Shown piece after piece: positions 1 through 12,455 of a stretch of DNA of 64,000 nt (its first letter is position 1; every line of letters begins with the position of its first letter). This DNA is from Batkoa obscura (taxonomy: Eukaryota). The position numbers and the translations under genes were made by a program. The stretch is from the NCBI GenBank assembly GCA_030770535.1, contig JASVEC010000012.1, forward strand, positions 930,001 through 994,000. Direction: 5' to 3'. A model generated the notes under the pieces. That model was not told the origin of the DNA and did not search any database. It saw only the letters and a program-made list of their open reading frames with translations.

Positions 1-2609
1 ATGATTTAGGATTAACTCCAATTGGTGACGAATGGAGAAGAGATATTATTTCAGAAAGTACTGGTGCTGGTCAAGAAGCTACTATTGGTTATATTGGCCT
101 TAAAGGACAAGAAAAATTCAAAAATTTCCAAAATGACTTTTTAGAGCGTATGCAAGAAGTTTATCATAATGATGAAAAACTTCAAGGCTTAGATGCCACT
201 ATGAAAAGTAAAATGAATGGAATTACTTCTTCTATTATCCAAAGTTGTATTCCAGATGGTCTTTATCGTAAATTTCCACAAAATCATATGCAGGTTATGA
301 CAGTTTCTGGTGCCAAAGGTTCTAATGTAAATGTATCCCAAATTTCATGTCTATTAGGACAACAAGAACTTGAAGGTCGTCGTGTACCATTAATGGCCTC
401 TGGTAAAACACTACCATCTTTTCAACCTTATGAAACTTCCGCTAGAGCTGGTGGTTTCATTGCTGGTCGATTCTTAACTGGTATTAAACCACAAGAGTAT
501 TTCTTCCATTGTATGGCTGGTCGTGAAGGTTTAATTGATACAGCTGTTAAAACTTCACGTTCTGGTTATCTTCAACGATGTCTTATTAAACATCTTGAAG
601 GTCTCCGTGTCCATTACGATTATACTGTTAGAGATTTCGATGGCTCCCTTCTTCAATTTTACTATGGTGAAGATGGTTTAGATGTCACTAAACAAAAATA
701 TATTAATAAGTTTGAATTTTCTGCTAGGAATTATTCTGCTATTAAAAACAGATATCCAATTAATCAAACTGCCTTTAATCATATCGATGGGAGTGATGCC
801 ATTAATTATAGTAAAAAGGTGGCTAAAAAACCTTATAAATATGATCCTACCATGGCTTTATATTCTCCTTCTAAATATCTTGGTTCCGTTTCAGAGAAAT
901 TCTATGGTGCCTTAAACAAATTTACATCTGATCCATCAAATGAACACTTATGGAAAGAAAGTGCTGGTGATTCTAATGCTGTTACAAAACGTAAATTTAA
1001 GACCTTAATGAATCTTAAATTTATGAGATCACTTGCTGATCCTGGAGAGGCAGTTGGTCTTTTAGCTGCCCAATCCGTTGGTGAACCATCTACTCAAATG
1101 ACATTGAACACTTTCCATTTTGCTGGTTTTGGTGCAAAAAACGTTACTCTTGGTATTCCTCGTCTCAGAGAAATCGTTATGGTTGCTTCTAAAGAAATCA
1201 AAACCCCTTCAATGACTTTATCTATTAAACCTGAAGTCACAGATCAAGAAAAAGAAGATTTCTGTAAACAAATCACTAAATTACGTTTAAGTGAATTGAC
1301 AGATGAAATTGAAGTTGTTGAAAGTTTAGCTACTGTAGAAAATACTCTTACCAAACAATATGTCATTAAACTTAAACTTTTCTCTCCAGAAGAATATACT
1401 CCAGAGTTTAGTGTTACTCCTCGATTAGTGGAACGCAGTATGATATTTTTCGCTAAGCGTCTTGAACACTTGCTTGTTTTAGAACTTCGTCGTAAGGGCA
1501 TCAGAATATCAATGCTTAATGCAGGTGAAAAGAAGGGTGATGATGATGAAGACGACGGTGAGGGTATCGATGATAAGCCAAGTACAAAGAAGAAAGCTGA
1601 TACAGGAGATTTATCCGATGGAGATGATGCTGAGGAATCTGATGGAGATGATGATGCTAAGAAGAATGAAAAGAGCAAACAAAAGGGAGTTTATGAAAAT
1701 GAAGATGAAAATGAAAAAGACGATGAACTTGAAGCTATTGATAAAGAATTTGCCGATGAAGATGAAGAATTAGATGAAAAGGAGGTTGAAGAAAAAATTA
1801 AAAAGTCAATCAATGATACTATCTCAGTCCATGATAATATTATCAAAAAAGCCAAATTTATTACTGACTTCAAATTCGACAATCAAGGAGGCAATTATGC
1901 TGAGTTCTGTCTTAACTTCCCAGTTAAAACAAAGAAAATTCTTATGGTTGGTATTGCTGAAAAAGCTTGCAAACAAGCCATTGTTCGTCAAGTTAAAAAT
2001 ATTGAAAGAGCGTTCCCAATTGAAAATGAAGCTGCTAATGATATGAGAAGATTAATAGCCACGGAAGGTTTAAATATTCAAGATATATGGAAATATTCCG
2101 ATATCATTGACGTTAATAATATAGAAACAAATGATTGTTATAATATGCTTATAACGTATGGTGTTGAAGCTTGTAGAAATTCAATCAAGAGAGAAATTGC
2201 TTCTGTGTTCGGAGTTTATGGTATTGAAGTTGATCAACGTCATTTAGCATTAATCGCTGATTACATGGTAGTTTTAATTTATTTTATTTTAGAATTTTAG
2301 CTAACTTTAGTTTTAATTAGACTTATGAAGGTGGCTATAGAGCGTTTAATCGTATGTCTATTAAAACTTGTCCATCACCACTTCAACAAATGTCCTTTGA
2401 AACAACGGTTTCTTTCCTTACAAAAGCGGTTCTGTAAGTTTAACTTTTTTTATCTAATATTTATGGTTTTTTATAATTGTTTTAGTCATAATGATCATGA
2501 TACCTTAATGTCACCATCATCTAGAATTGTACTTGGTAAAGTAGTTGAAGGTGGTACTGGAGCCTTTGGTGTTTACCAACCAATTACACTAAATTCTAAA
2601 GTACATTAA
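1..2609 (+). CDS. RPA1: RNA polymerase I largest subunit, 5'-partial
   Basis: Motifs SGAKGS, GREGLIDTAVKTSRSGYLQR, AQSVGEPSTQMTLNTFHFAG; acidic expander-like insertion typical of Pol I A190. Introns 2268-2320 and 2434-2485; stop at 2609. Confidence 0.96.
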
Positions 2610-3300
2610 GTAACGTTGTAGTTTAATAGATTTGTAGAAAAATTTTTATATGTCCTTTATACTTTAATGCTATTACGTTTGTTACCCCTTTTTATAGAAT
2701 ATAATTTTAAATCTAGTCAATTTAATTTTTACTAATTAAAGATTCATACAATTTTGTTTATAGATTTGAATTGTTTTATTATAACTGTTATTGATATTGG
2801 TTCTTACTTTTGATATTTGCTATTGAATAGTTTGTTAGTTATAAAATATCATGTTATTAAAGGAGATTATATAATAATTTTGTCAAAAATTTTCCTGCTA
2901 TTTCTTAATTGACACCACTTTTTAAAATGTAGCCGTTTTTTTAGTATATTGCAATTTAATAAAATGATTATTTATTTATAACATAACATTTTAAATAAGA
3001 CATGATGACATTTATTGAATAATTAATATAGAAAATGCCATTCAAAAGGAATTTTTTAAATTAAAACTATGAAATAAATAGGATTTGCTCAAAGTTAAAT
3101 CCAAATAATTTTAGTGAAACGAAATATGGTTTGCAATTCAAGCAATACAAAGTAACTAATTAAGCATTATTGGAACTTCAAAATTTAATTACATTTATTT
3201 TTTACCTTTCTTTGTCATTCTATCTTAAATCAATATCTGGGACCATAACTGCTTCAATATATCTATATCAGCCTTTCTTTTCTATTAATTACACTTTGAG

Positions 3301-4755
3301 ATGCCATTAAAACTAGAACTATTGTTCGAAATATTACTAGAAGACGTTTTCAAACTAATAGACCCAATAGAGTTATTTGAGCTACGCTATAAGTAAATAA
3401 AGTCATTGAATACAACCTAATCATTTCAAGTTACACCCAATATGAGTTAGATAAGTATATAAGCTATCAAAATCGAAGTTATTTAGATAACAAGTTTAAA
3501 AATATCATGACTACCAAGGAAAATTCATTAAAGAAAATGGAAGGCTAATGATACACTTAAATATAACTGATAAGACTATTGAACACTTAGATTATTACTT
3601 AAACGCTGTATCTATAAATTACGTAAAAACATCCAATGATTTTAGTATTAGTAGTGATAATTGGGATGATATTTGAAATGATATTGAGAATGATAGCAAT
3701 AATGATGATGACAGTAATAATGATAATAGTATCAATGATAATGATGGCGATGATAATAACAACAATAATATCAATAGTGATAATAAAATTGAGGTAAACG
3801 TTAAATTATCAAAACTAAAGAGAATGATTATACATTCTTTTAATTATAAAGAATCATTAAAGTTATTTAATAACTGTTTAAAGTAACCCGAGGCGATTGA
3901 AGTGGTTGAGTATAATAATATAATTATTAAGGATATTGTTAAACATTTAAACCCGTCTAAATTAAAGGTATTGAAAATATATTCCAGAAATAATTTATAT
4001 TTTGAAGGATCAGATACTATTAAAACAAAACTCAATAATTTGAAGAGATTCAACTAAAAATCGTATGAAAGTATTAAAGGTTTTAATGAAATTTAAAATG
4101 AAATAAATTTTAAATCAAACTTGGAGTCAAAAATTAAAGGACATTTTGATAGCTATTATAAATTCGACTGTTTTGGCAATTTAAAGCAATTCAAAAATGA
4201 AAAATCAACTATTGGTGACCTTTGTTGCTTTGATATCAATGACAAGCATAATGTAGAGATAATAGAAAATAGTAACCTTATTACTTTAAGTTACTTTATT
4301 GCACATTATAGTCCTAATCTTCACTCTTTAATATTATTAACGATAAAAGAAATTCATCTTGGTAGATTATCTATGGATTTACTATGTACCATTTCATTAT
4401 TGTCAAATATTCAAATTCAATAACTTGAGTATTTTGATTATAATTCTATAGAGCCACTTTATAACCCCAATTTAAATAAAGTAGATTGTAATTCAGCTAA
4501 AAGCAAATTTATGAAACATATTAAAATTCAAGAACTTCGTCTTAACTTTGATCAATTCTTTTTTTCTTGTCCTTTTTTCCAAATCCCGAACTATTGAAGG
4601 TTGAGTATTTTAAGTTGGCAAATACTGATACAACTGTCGACTATAAACTTGCTAAGCCACTACTGCTTATCTCTACCTACATGAAAGACATGGATAGTGC
4701 GACTTATAATAAACCTATAAGTATTTCTATGTTAGACTGAGTAAGCTTATTATAA
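3301..4755 (+). pseudogene. F-box/LRR-like protein pseudogene (paralog of 8161-9534)
   Basis: Starts MPLKLELLFEILLEDVFKLIDPIELFELRY; collinear with the intact copy but has many stops and frameshifts; terminal Trp codon is TGA (4738-4740). Confidence 0.85.
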
Positions 4756-5239
4756 ACTATCACTTGGGCCTATTTTAGCATAGCTTATTATTTTATTATT
4801 TAAACTATGACAATTAAAGAAATCAATTATTTTAATACAAAATTTGATAGGCTATTTATAGGCAAAAATAAGCATCTATCTTTTTTACAATAAATTGTTT
4901 TATATGTTTGAGTACATTTTGATCCAAAGATATTAGTAAGACTTATTGGCAATAAAAGCTTAAACTAAACGTTGAAATGTAATGAATACTTAATAATATG
5001 GAATCTTCAATAACAAAACGTAAAATAAATAAATTCGTGTAAGAATATATTTTATGTCGACTTGTAGATCATTTATAATGTATAAAAAGTACTTTACTCA
5101 ATATATGATTTAGATAAAAAGTATTTTATATAGCTTTTATAAACAGCAAACTATGGGAAAAAACATAATTAAGGTATAGTAACCAAAACTTTTTTTAAGA
5201 TCTTGAACCCGTTAGTACAAGTGTCTTTATTAAATATTA

Positions 5240-5715
5240 ACAAATTAAAGAAAATTTGTGCGGCCAGCGAAAGAGGGGTTTGATCCCTTTGGGATCAGTA
5301 CTTACACGTTTAATGGCCCAAAAGACACTGTTAATCCAGGCAATATCCCTTTTAAAGTAAAGACAAAGAGCAGAAAGGCCTGACTTTGGATTTTTAGCCA
5401 AAGAGATATAGTGTGCTTTGTAGATTATCCATAAGATAGAATCTATGAAGCAAGTAAAAAAGCAAGATTTGAAATCAAAGAGGATTGCTTGAAAGTAGAA
5501 TTTGGAGGATAAAGCACGTAAAATGTTATAATGAAATATATCGTGTAAGGTTTTGACCTAGAGGCTCAGGTCACATAAAAGTTGAAAAATTCATGAAGCA
5601 ATTTGCTGTCTTTGTATGAGCACCATGAGCAGTCTGGAGAAATTCTTGGAAGGAACTTAACTATCTGAGCTCCAGTAGTGAAGGCATTGTGGAGGGTTCT
5701 CCACAGTAAATAGTG
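5240..5715 (+). mobile_element. Possible degenerate non-LTR (L1/Tx1-like) retrotransposon ORF2 3' fragment
   Basis: GC-richer island; broken frames give WRNSWK...APVVKALWRVLHSK, resembling the W..xW...LWR..H motif before zf-RVT. Confidence 0.3.
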
Positions 5716-6411
5716 ATGTTTAGTGTCGAGGCTTGGCAAAAATCACCAATTAACAACTTCAAGTTATAACATCTATTTTGATTTAGTAAAATAATCTAAA
5801 TTGAATTATTATTGTTAACTGAAAGAAATTTTAACACATTTCTATTTGTTACTTGCATTGAATAATTTTCTAAAATGTAACCAAGTTTTTCAAAGGCTCT
5901 AGAAGAAAGCTCTATGGATCTTTTAATGTGATAGATTTTAAAAGGGCTTTTAATAACTTAATGGTTATGTTGGCTGAGGTGATCGAGTTCCAAACACCAA
6001 TTACGTATATGTCTAGGTAAGGTAATAGACAAAAGTTTTTTGTTTTTGTTTTTATTTTTAAAGGCTAATAAACTAATATCAATAAACAATAATGCTTAAA
6101 TAAAACTAGTTAAATTAGTTTATTAAATAGTAATTGTTCAAAATAAGTCTAATTATTTTCTATATATTAGCTTTTAAATTGATATTCCAAGTTAATAAAT
6201 AAATAAAGCGAAAATATTATTCTAAATAACTTTTTAACACTTATTTCTAAAAACTTGCGTCACTCAAAATGTTATAATTAAAAACATTTTACTAAAATTT
6301 GATAAACTAAAGCCTAAGTAATGACAAAAGTTAGCCAATTAAACGTTATATCAGAACTTGTAAGACTCAAAATACTTTTAACCTTTCTTTTTTTATTAAA
6401 TTTACTTTCAA

Positions 6412-7754
6412 ATGATTATACATTCAAGTTTTTGTCCGACATCTTGTTAATAGGAATACTCAAATTAGTGGACCCAGTTGACCTATTTGAGCTAAGATTT
6501 TTAAACAAATATGTATTCAAAGTTGTTAACAGGGATATTAAGTACAACTCGATCATCTCAGGCCATAACCACAGTAAGCTTCAAAACTATTATAGTATAG
6601 AAATGTACAGTAAATACCAACACCAAAAATGTTGATTAAAGAAAACCGGTTATTAATGAGACATTTAAATACGTCTAGCCACGCTATTTGAAACTTAACT
6701 TATTGTCTAAACATATTATCTACGACTTATATTTTATATTATGATTCGCCTGGTTCAACCCATAAAAATAGAATTGGATTTAAAACTACCAAATTTAAAA
6801 AATAGTTGCTAACTAATATTCTTTTTTAGAAATATTAGATAATTCTAGCAGTTGTTTAAACTAGATTGAAGTGTTAAAAATTACTGGACACAATAAAATA
6901 TATATTAGCAGCATTATTCAGCATTTAAATCTAAGCAAAATGAGGGTATTAAGAACATATTTTAAAGATGATCTATATATTGATGGATTAGGTGAAATTA
7001 AAGTACAATTTTACAACTTAAAAGTACTAAAACTAAAATCAGTAAGAATAATTACAAGTTTAATTGAAATCAACTGAAGTATAAATTTTAAATCAAAGTT
7101 ATATTTAAAAATTAAAGGATATTTCAAAGGAAGTTTTAATTTTCATTATTTTAGTAATTTAAACCAATTTGAAGTTATTGAATTATTTGCTTATAATTTT
7201 TCTTCTTTTAACGTTGACAATGAGCGTAATATGTGAGTAATCAAAAATGACAATACTATTGCTTTGGGTTATTTAATGCAACATTCCAAACTTAACTGTA
7301 GTTTTTTAAAATTAGTAACACTAAGAAAAGTTTATTTTAGTACATTATCAATAGACTTGTTACACTCTGTTTTATTACTATATAATATTCAAATAATCCG
7401 ATTTGATCATTTGGATTGATGTTATACAGTGATTGCATAGTATTAGCATCTGGCTGAAGTAGATTCTAATTCAGTCAAATATGAGTTCATAGAACATATC
7501 AAGATTAAACATGTTACTACTACATTCAAACAGTTGCTCGTTTTTCTCTCCTTTTTTCCAAATCTTGAAAATAAAAAATAGAGGAACTTAAGTTAATATG
7601 TGCTGCCTCAACTATTGGTTGCCAACCTACATCCCCATTATTATTTACAGTTAATGTGGCATATTTTAATGGAGCTACTTCGAAGAAAAGCTATGACGAA
7701 GAAGCTTATAACACCCTTAATAATTTCCTAATATTAGATTGACTAAAATTATAA
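6412..7754 (+). pseudogene. F-box/LRR-like protein pseudogene
   Basis: FKFLSDILLIGILKLVDPVDLFELRFLNKY aligns to the N-terminus of 8161-9534; multiple stops; terminal Trp is TGA (7740-7742). Confidence 0.87.
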
Positions 7755-8160
7755 TCAATCCTTCTTGTGCCTTTCAAATAATCCTTTATTTTTATTTTAT
7801 CTTGTTATAATTATACCTTTAAAAATAGTTGGAATTAACCCAAAGCTCCTTTTGATCTCAAGGCTTTTTCAATCCACCTTATTATTTAATATTATATAAT
7901 TTTTTTGTTTAATAAACAATGCCTTAGAGATATATATTTTTAAAATATGTATTTGAAAATTAAACTTTTTTAAAACTTTTTTATAAAGAGTTTTATTTTT
8001 AAAAGGCAAGTTATTTCAAATCAAACTGTAATATTATTTCTAAAAATAGTAAATTACACCTCAGCTATTCTCTAACTAGCCAATTAAGCATTATACTAAA
8101 GCTTTAAATGTATAATTTATTTTCTTCTAAATTTTCTTTTTCATTAGTTTTCCTTTCAAA

Positions 8161-9534
8161 ATGGTTTTAAAATTCGAGTGTCTATCTGACATCTTATTAA
8201 TAGAAATATTCAAATTAGTGAATCCAGTTGAGTTATTCGAGTTGATATTTTTAAATAAATATCTATCCAAGGTTGTAAATAGAGCAATCAAATATAACTT
8301 AACTATTTCAAGTTATAGCCTAAAATTAGATAACAGAATTCGCTACTCTCAAGAATCTAAATTATATGATAAGTACCAACAAACATTTATTAGAAAAAAC
8401 GGCAAACTAATGAGACATTTGAATCTAACTGATGATACTGTTGGAAATTTAGAATATTGCTCGAATGTAATATCTATAAACTACACCCCTGACGCTAGCC
8501 ATCCTGGTCATACCATGGAGAACGGATCAAACACTTTATTATCAGAGTTGAATTTTAAGTTACCGAAGTTGAAAAAAATGGTCATCAGTAAATACACTCC
8601 TTTGCTATTATTAAAGCAGTTTAAGAATTATTTAAATCAGCTTCAAGTGTTAAAGGTTACTGGGCAGAATGTTATAGTTATTAGCGACATCATTTCATAT
8701 TTAAATCCAAACAAATTAAAGGTACTAAAGTTATACTGTGGAGGCAATTTGTATCTAGATGGATTAGATGAGGTCAAAGCGCAGTTTTTTAATTTAAAGG
8801 CATTAGAATTAGTGTCAAAGCATATAATCAATAGTTTATTTGAGATCAACAACAATGTAAGTTTTCAAGCAAAGTTAGATTTGAAAATTAAAGGGCATTT
8901 CAATCCTGACTTAAATTTTCAATGTTTTGGTAATCTAAACCAATTTAGGAGTATTAAATTGATTTTATATAATATTTGTCTTTTTGATATTGATGATGAA
9001 CAGAATATGGGAGTAATCAAAAACAGTAATATAACCACCTTGGGTTACTTAGGGCCACTTCACAAATTTAATTGCAACTATTTAAAAATATCAACATTAA
9101 GAGAATTATATTTTGTTACAGTACCAATAGATTTATTGCAGTCCATTTCTTTATTGCCAAATATTCAAATTATTCAACTTGATGAGTTAGAAAGTCATAT
9201 CATAAAAGCACTTTACAACCCTTATCTAAATGAAGTAAATTATAGTTCAATTAAATGTAAGTTTATAAAACAGGTTAAGATTGGATTTGCTAAAACAACA
9301 TTAGTGCAGTTACTGTCTTTTTTATCCTTTTTTCCAAACCTTGAAAAATTAAATGTAAAGAATTTTAGACTAATACTCACTGATGAAAGTACCAACCATC
9401 AACTCACTACCCCATTATTATTATTTACTACTTATCTGAAATACTTCAATAAAAGAACTTATAGAGAATTCAAAGATGAAATAGTTTACAATAAGCTTAA
9501 AAGTATTCCAATGCTAAATTGGACAAAACTATAA
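8161..9534 (+). CDS. F-box-like/LRR-like protein, intronless (intact member of local family)
   Basis: 457-aa ORF; N-terminal LSDILLIEIFKLVNPVELFEL is F-box-like; repeated LxxLxL patterns (PKLKKM, NQLQVLKV, PNLEKLNV). Confidence 0.75.
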   Translation: MVLKFECLSDILLIEIFKLVNPVELFELIFLNKYLSKVVNRAIKYNLTISSYSLKLDNRIRYSQESKLYDKYQQTFIRKNGKLMRHLNLTDDTVGNLEYCSNVISINYTPDASHPGHTMENGSNTLLSELNFKLPKLKKMVISKYTPLLLLKQFKNYLNQLQVLKVTGQNVIVISDIISYLNPNKLKVLKLYCGGNLYLDGLDEVKAQFFNLKALELVSKHIINSLFEINNNVSFQAKLDLKIKGHFNPDLNFQCFGNLNQFRSIKLILYNICLFDIDDEQNMGVIKNSNITTLGYLGPLHKFNCNYLKISTLRELYFVTVPIDLLQSISLLPNIQIIQLDELESHIIKALYNPYLNEVNYSSIKCKFIKQVKIGFAKTTLVQLLSFLSFFPNLEKLNVKNFRLILTDESTNHQLTTPLLLFTTYLKYFNKRTYREFKDEIVYNKLKSIPMLNWTKL

Positions 9535-10346
9535 CTAGTGATTCGTTAGCTTTTAACTTCGTTACTTATTATTCAATTCCATATTTGTTATATAAATTTA
9601 ACTGTTAATAAAATTAATATTAGATATACTTATTTTTAAATATCTCACTAGGAATTTTTACATTTAATGGCACAGAAAAATAAACAAATGAAGTTAAAAA
9701 AAGTCACTTTATATATTATTTGATAACTTTAAATAAAAATAAAAATAATTTATAATACGGAAAGTTTAAATTTTTTGTTTATTAAATTTGAATTTTTATA
9801 CATTAGTTTATAAAAAAAGCACATCTCAGTTTACTAAAGACTATATTATCTATTTTAAAATATACGTTGATTTTTAAACTTATTATCAGTTATTTCATAT
9901 TATATAAAATTATGTTAACCAGTATTAAATTACAATACTAAAGATTTTGTAATAAATAAATAAATTATTAAAGTTTATTACTAATAATAATAAACTTAAT
10001 TAAGCGATGTATAAAATTAATGTTTTAAAAGAAACAGGAAATAAAAACCAACAAGTAGCATTATTGTCAACTATAGCCTCAGTATATTCTTTTGATGAAT
10101 GTAAAAGTTTTGGATTTAATATAAGTAGAAATCAATATGATTATTCAAATAATTATTAATGATAAAATATCAACATTATGACTTATTATTAAAAGATTTA
10201 AAAAAATTAAAGATGACCAAATTAAAATTATTATGCAATATTTACTTAATAATTTAATTATTTTATGAAGATTTAATAAAAAGAATAACATGAATAAATA
10301 TTCATCAAATAATATATATATTAAATAAAAATAGATAACACATAGT

Positions 10347-10810
10347 TGTGAAATATTGCTTTATTTAGCTCTCGGATTGATTATAACACAACAATCACTT
10401 AAGTTGTTGTGTTCTCAAGTCCAAACACAATCAAACCAGAGTCCCTTATTTTGATTTGCTGCGAGAATTTATAACTTCATATTGCAAAGAATATTATCTC
10501 GTTTTAATATCCATACTTATTGGAGTATAAAAGAGATTCTTCAATATGATAACTCGAGGCTTTTTTTTAATTGGATTACTCCCTGATAACGTATCGTTAA
10601 TAAAGTCACTAAGTCTTTCTGACAACATCTTGTATAGATTTTACGGCAGTATCTTCCATTGTATTTGCTTACATAATTCGTAGCTTATTACGTACTATTT
10701 CTATTAAGTTAAGTCTATCTTAGTTACATAAACTAAGACCCTTCGACTCAAGGCAAGTTAATTAAGCAAGAGTAGCTTTTAACTTCGACCACTAAGTATC
10801 AACTTTCACA
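10347..10810 (+). mobile_element. Solo LTR, copy 1
   Basis: TGTGAAA...TTTCACA termini; 4-bp TSD TAGT; internal TATAAAAG and AATAAA; homologs at 45242 and 59608; empty site visible near 17742. Confidence 0.85.
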
Positions 10811-11827
10811 TAGTAAATATTTTAATGATTTAAAAAATAAAGCAGTAGCTAGGTCAATATCTTTAAATATATATTAAGTAGTTTTTGAAATACACCAAGA
10901 AAAACATGTTTATGTAGTATATGTGTCCAGTATACAGCTAGAGAAAAGTTATTTGAAAATCAAATAAATACAACCATAAAAAATAAACCAGAGATAGAAG
11001 AATCTCTTAACAAAGAAAAAAGATCATGCAAATTATATAAATTTTGTATTAACACTCAAAAAAATATATTTAATGAAACTATTAAAAAATTAAATAATAA
11101 AACTTATATAATAATTTTAGACTTTAAATAAAATATGGAAATAAAGACAAGACCAAATCTAATAAATTTAGATCATTATAATAGATAAAATAAATAAGCT
11201 ATATCAATATTAAGGGTTGGTATTTTATATTTAAAAACGATAAAACAATAGGCAAAGTTTATTTTGATTATTTATCTGAAATATTAAATCATGATTCATC
11301 ATATTCAGGAGATTGTTTAATTGATTTAATATCTAAAGAGCTTTTATTTAAAAAGTTTACAAAAATTAATATATGCGCAGATACAGGATATCATTTTGAA
11401 TCTCAAGAGTTTTTATATTATATACTTGAAGAAATTTATAAAATAAGTACTAGTTTAAATATTAATCTTGATTTTTTTGCTGAGTATCATGGAAAAAGTA
11501 TAGTTGATGGACATTTTGGAAATCTTCTACAATGGAAAAATAGTTTTGAAGCATTAGGTAAAATAGAAGATATTGGTCAACTAATTTCAAATTTCAGATT
11601 TTTATTTGTAAACATAATAGAATTGATAACTCAACTGTTAATAATGGGAAAACATATATAATTTTTAAAAAGTATGAAAGAAACAAAGATATAATAAGAA
11701 TATTAAAAATATAAGGTATCAAAAAGTATTTACCTTTTACTAAACGTGATAATAAATTACACTGTTATCTAGTATCTGATAAATAAACAAAAAGCGATAT
11801 AATTACAATTAAAGTTATAAAGTCTAC

Positions 11828-11870
11828 AAAAAATTAAAAAATTAAAAAATTAAAAAATTAAAAAATTAAA
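11828..11870 (+). repeat. (AAAAATTA)x5 tandem expansion
   Basis: Five units here versus one unit at the equivalent position (~18750) in copy 2. Confidence 0.85.
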
Positions 11871-12455
11871 AGATCAGCCCCAGCTTATTTTATAAAAATA
11901 ACAGAAAGTTTAAAAGCTTCAATATTTAGTAAGCAAGTAAGTAGCTTGTTAAATGATATAAATCAATTGTTAGATGTTGATATTACTTAGATTATTAATA
12001 GCTAAGTTAATAAATAGTCAAAGGGCAAGTAACTGTAATAATAAATAAAAACTATTATTACATTGCTTGTATCATATAGGGATAGTTAATTATAGTTTTG
12101 GGGCCAACTGCTACCTCTCGTGTAACTATTTATTAGCTTAATCATATATTAATAATGTAATTATAACATTAAAACTATTCATTTGTTTGATAGCAAATCT
12201 GTAATGTTGGCTATAAAACAGTCAATAATAAATATTTTTCCATGAAGTTTTATAGGAATATATATTTATTTATATATTACAACTTTGATTGATATTAATA
12301 TATAGGCTACATTGTTAAAAGCCTTACTAATCCAGGGACTTGTATCAAACTTAATAGAAATTCCATTAACTTACAATATAAATTATAATAAAATAATTTA
12401 AAACTGTGTTAGGTACTTTGCTTTTTAATAAAAAAATTATTTTTATAGAATTTTA

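Larger units (their letters stand above)
9700..12455 (+). mobile_element. Degenerate DNA transposon, Sola(2)-like DDD transposase relic, copy 1 (interrupted by a solo LTR)
   Basis: Broken frames give TCLCSIC, IILDFK*N, ICADTGYHF and FFAEYHGKSIVDGHFG; 10811-12455 is repeated at 17742-19341. Left boundary uncertain. Confidence 0.6.

Noticed and set aside
682..2046. Alternative-frame and antisense ORFs within RPA1
   Set aside because: Shadows of the acidic low-complexity coding region.
4738..4740. TGA at conserved Trp positions suggesting a TGA=Trp genetic code
   Set aside because: The same regions also contain TAA/TAG stops and frameshifts; intact genes use TGG for Trp and TGA as a normal stop (e.g. 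25159).
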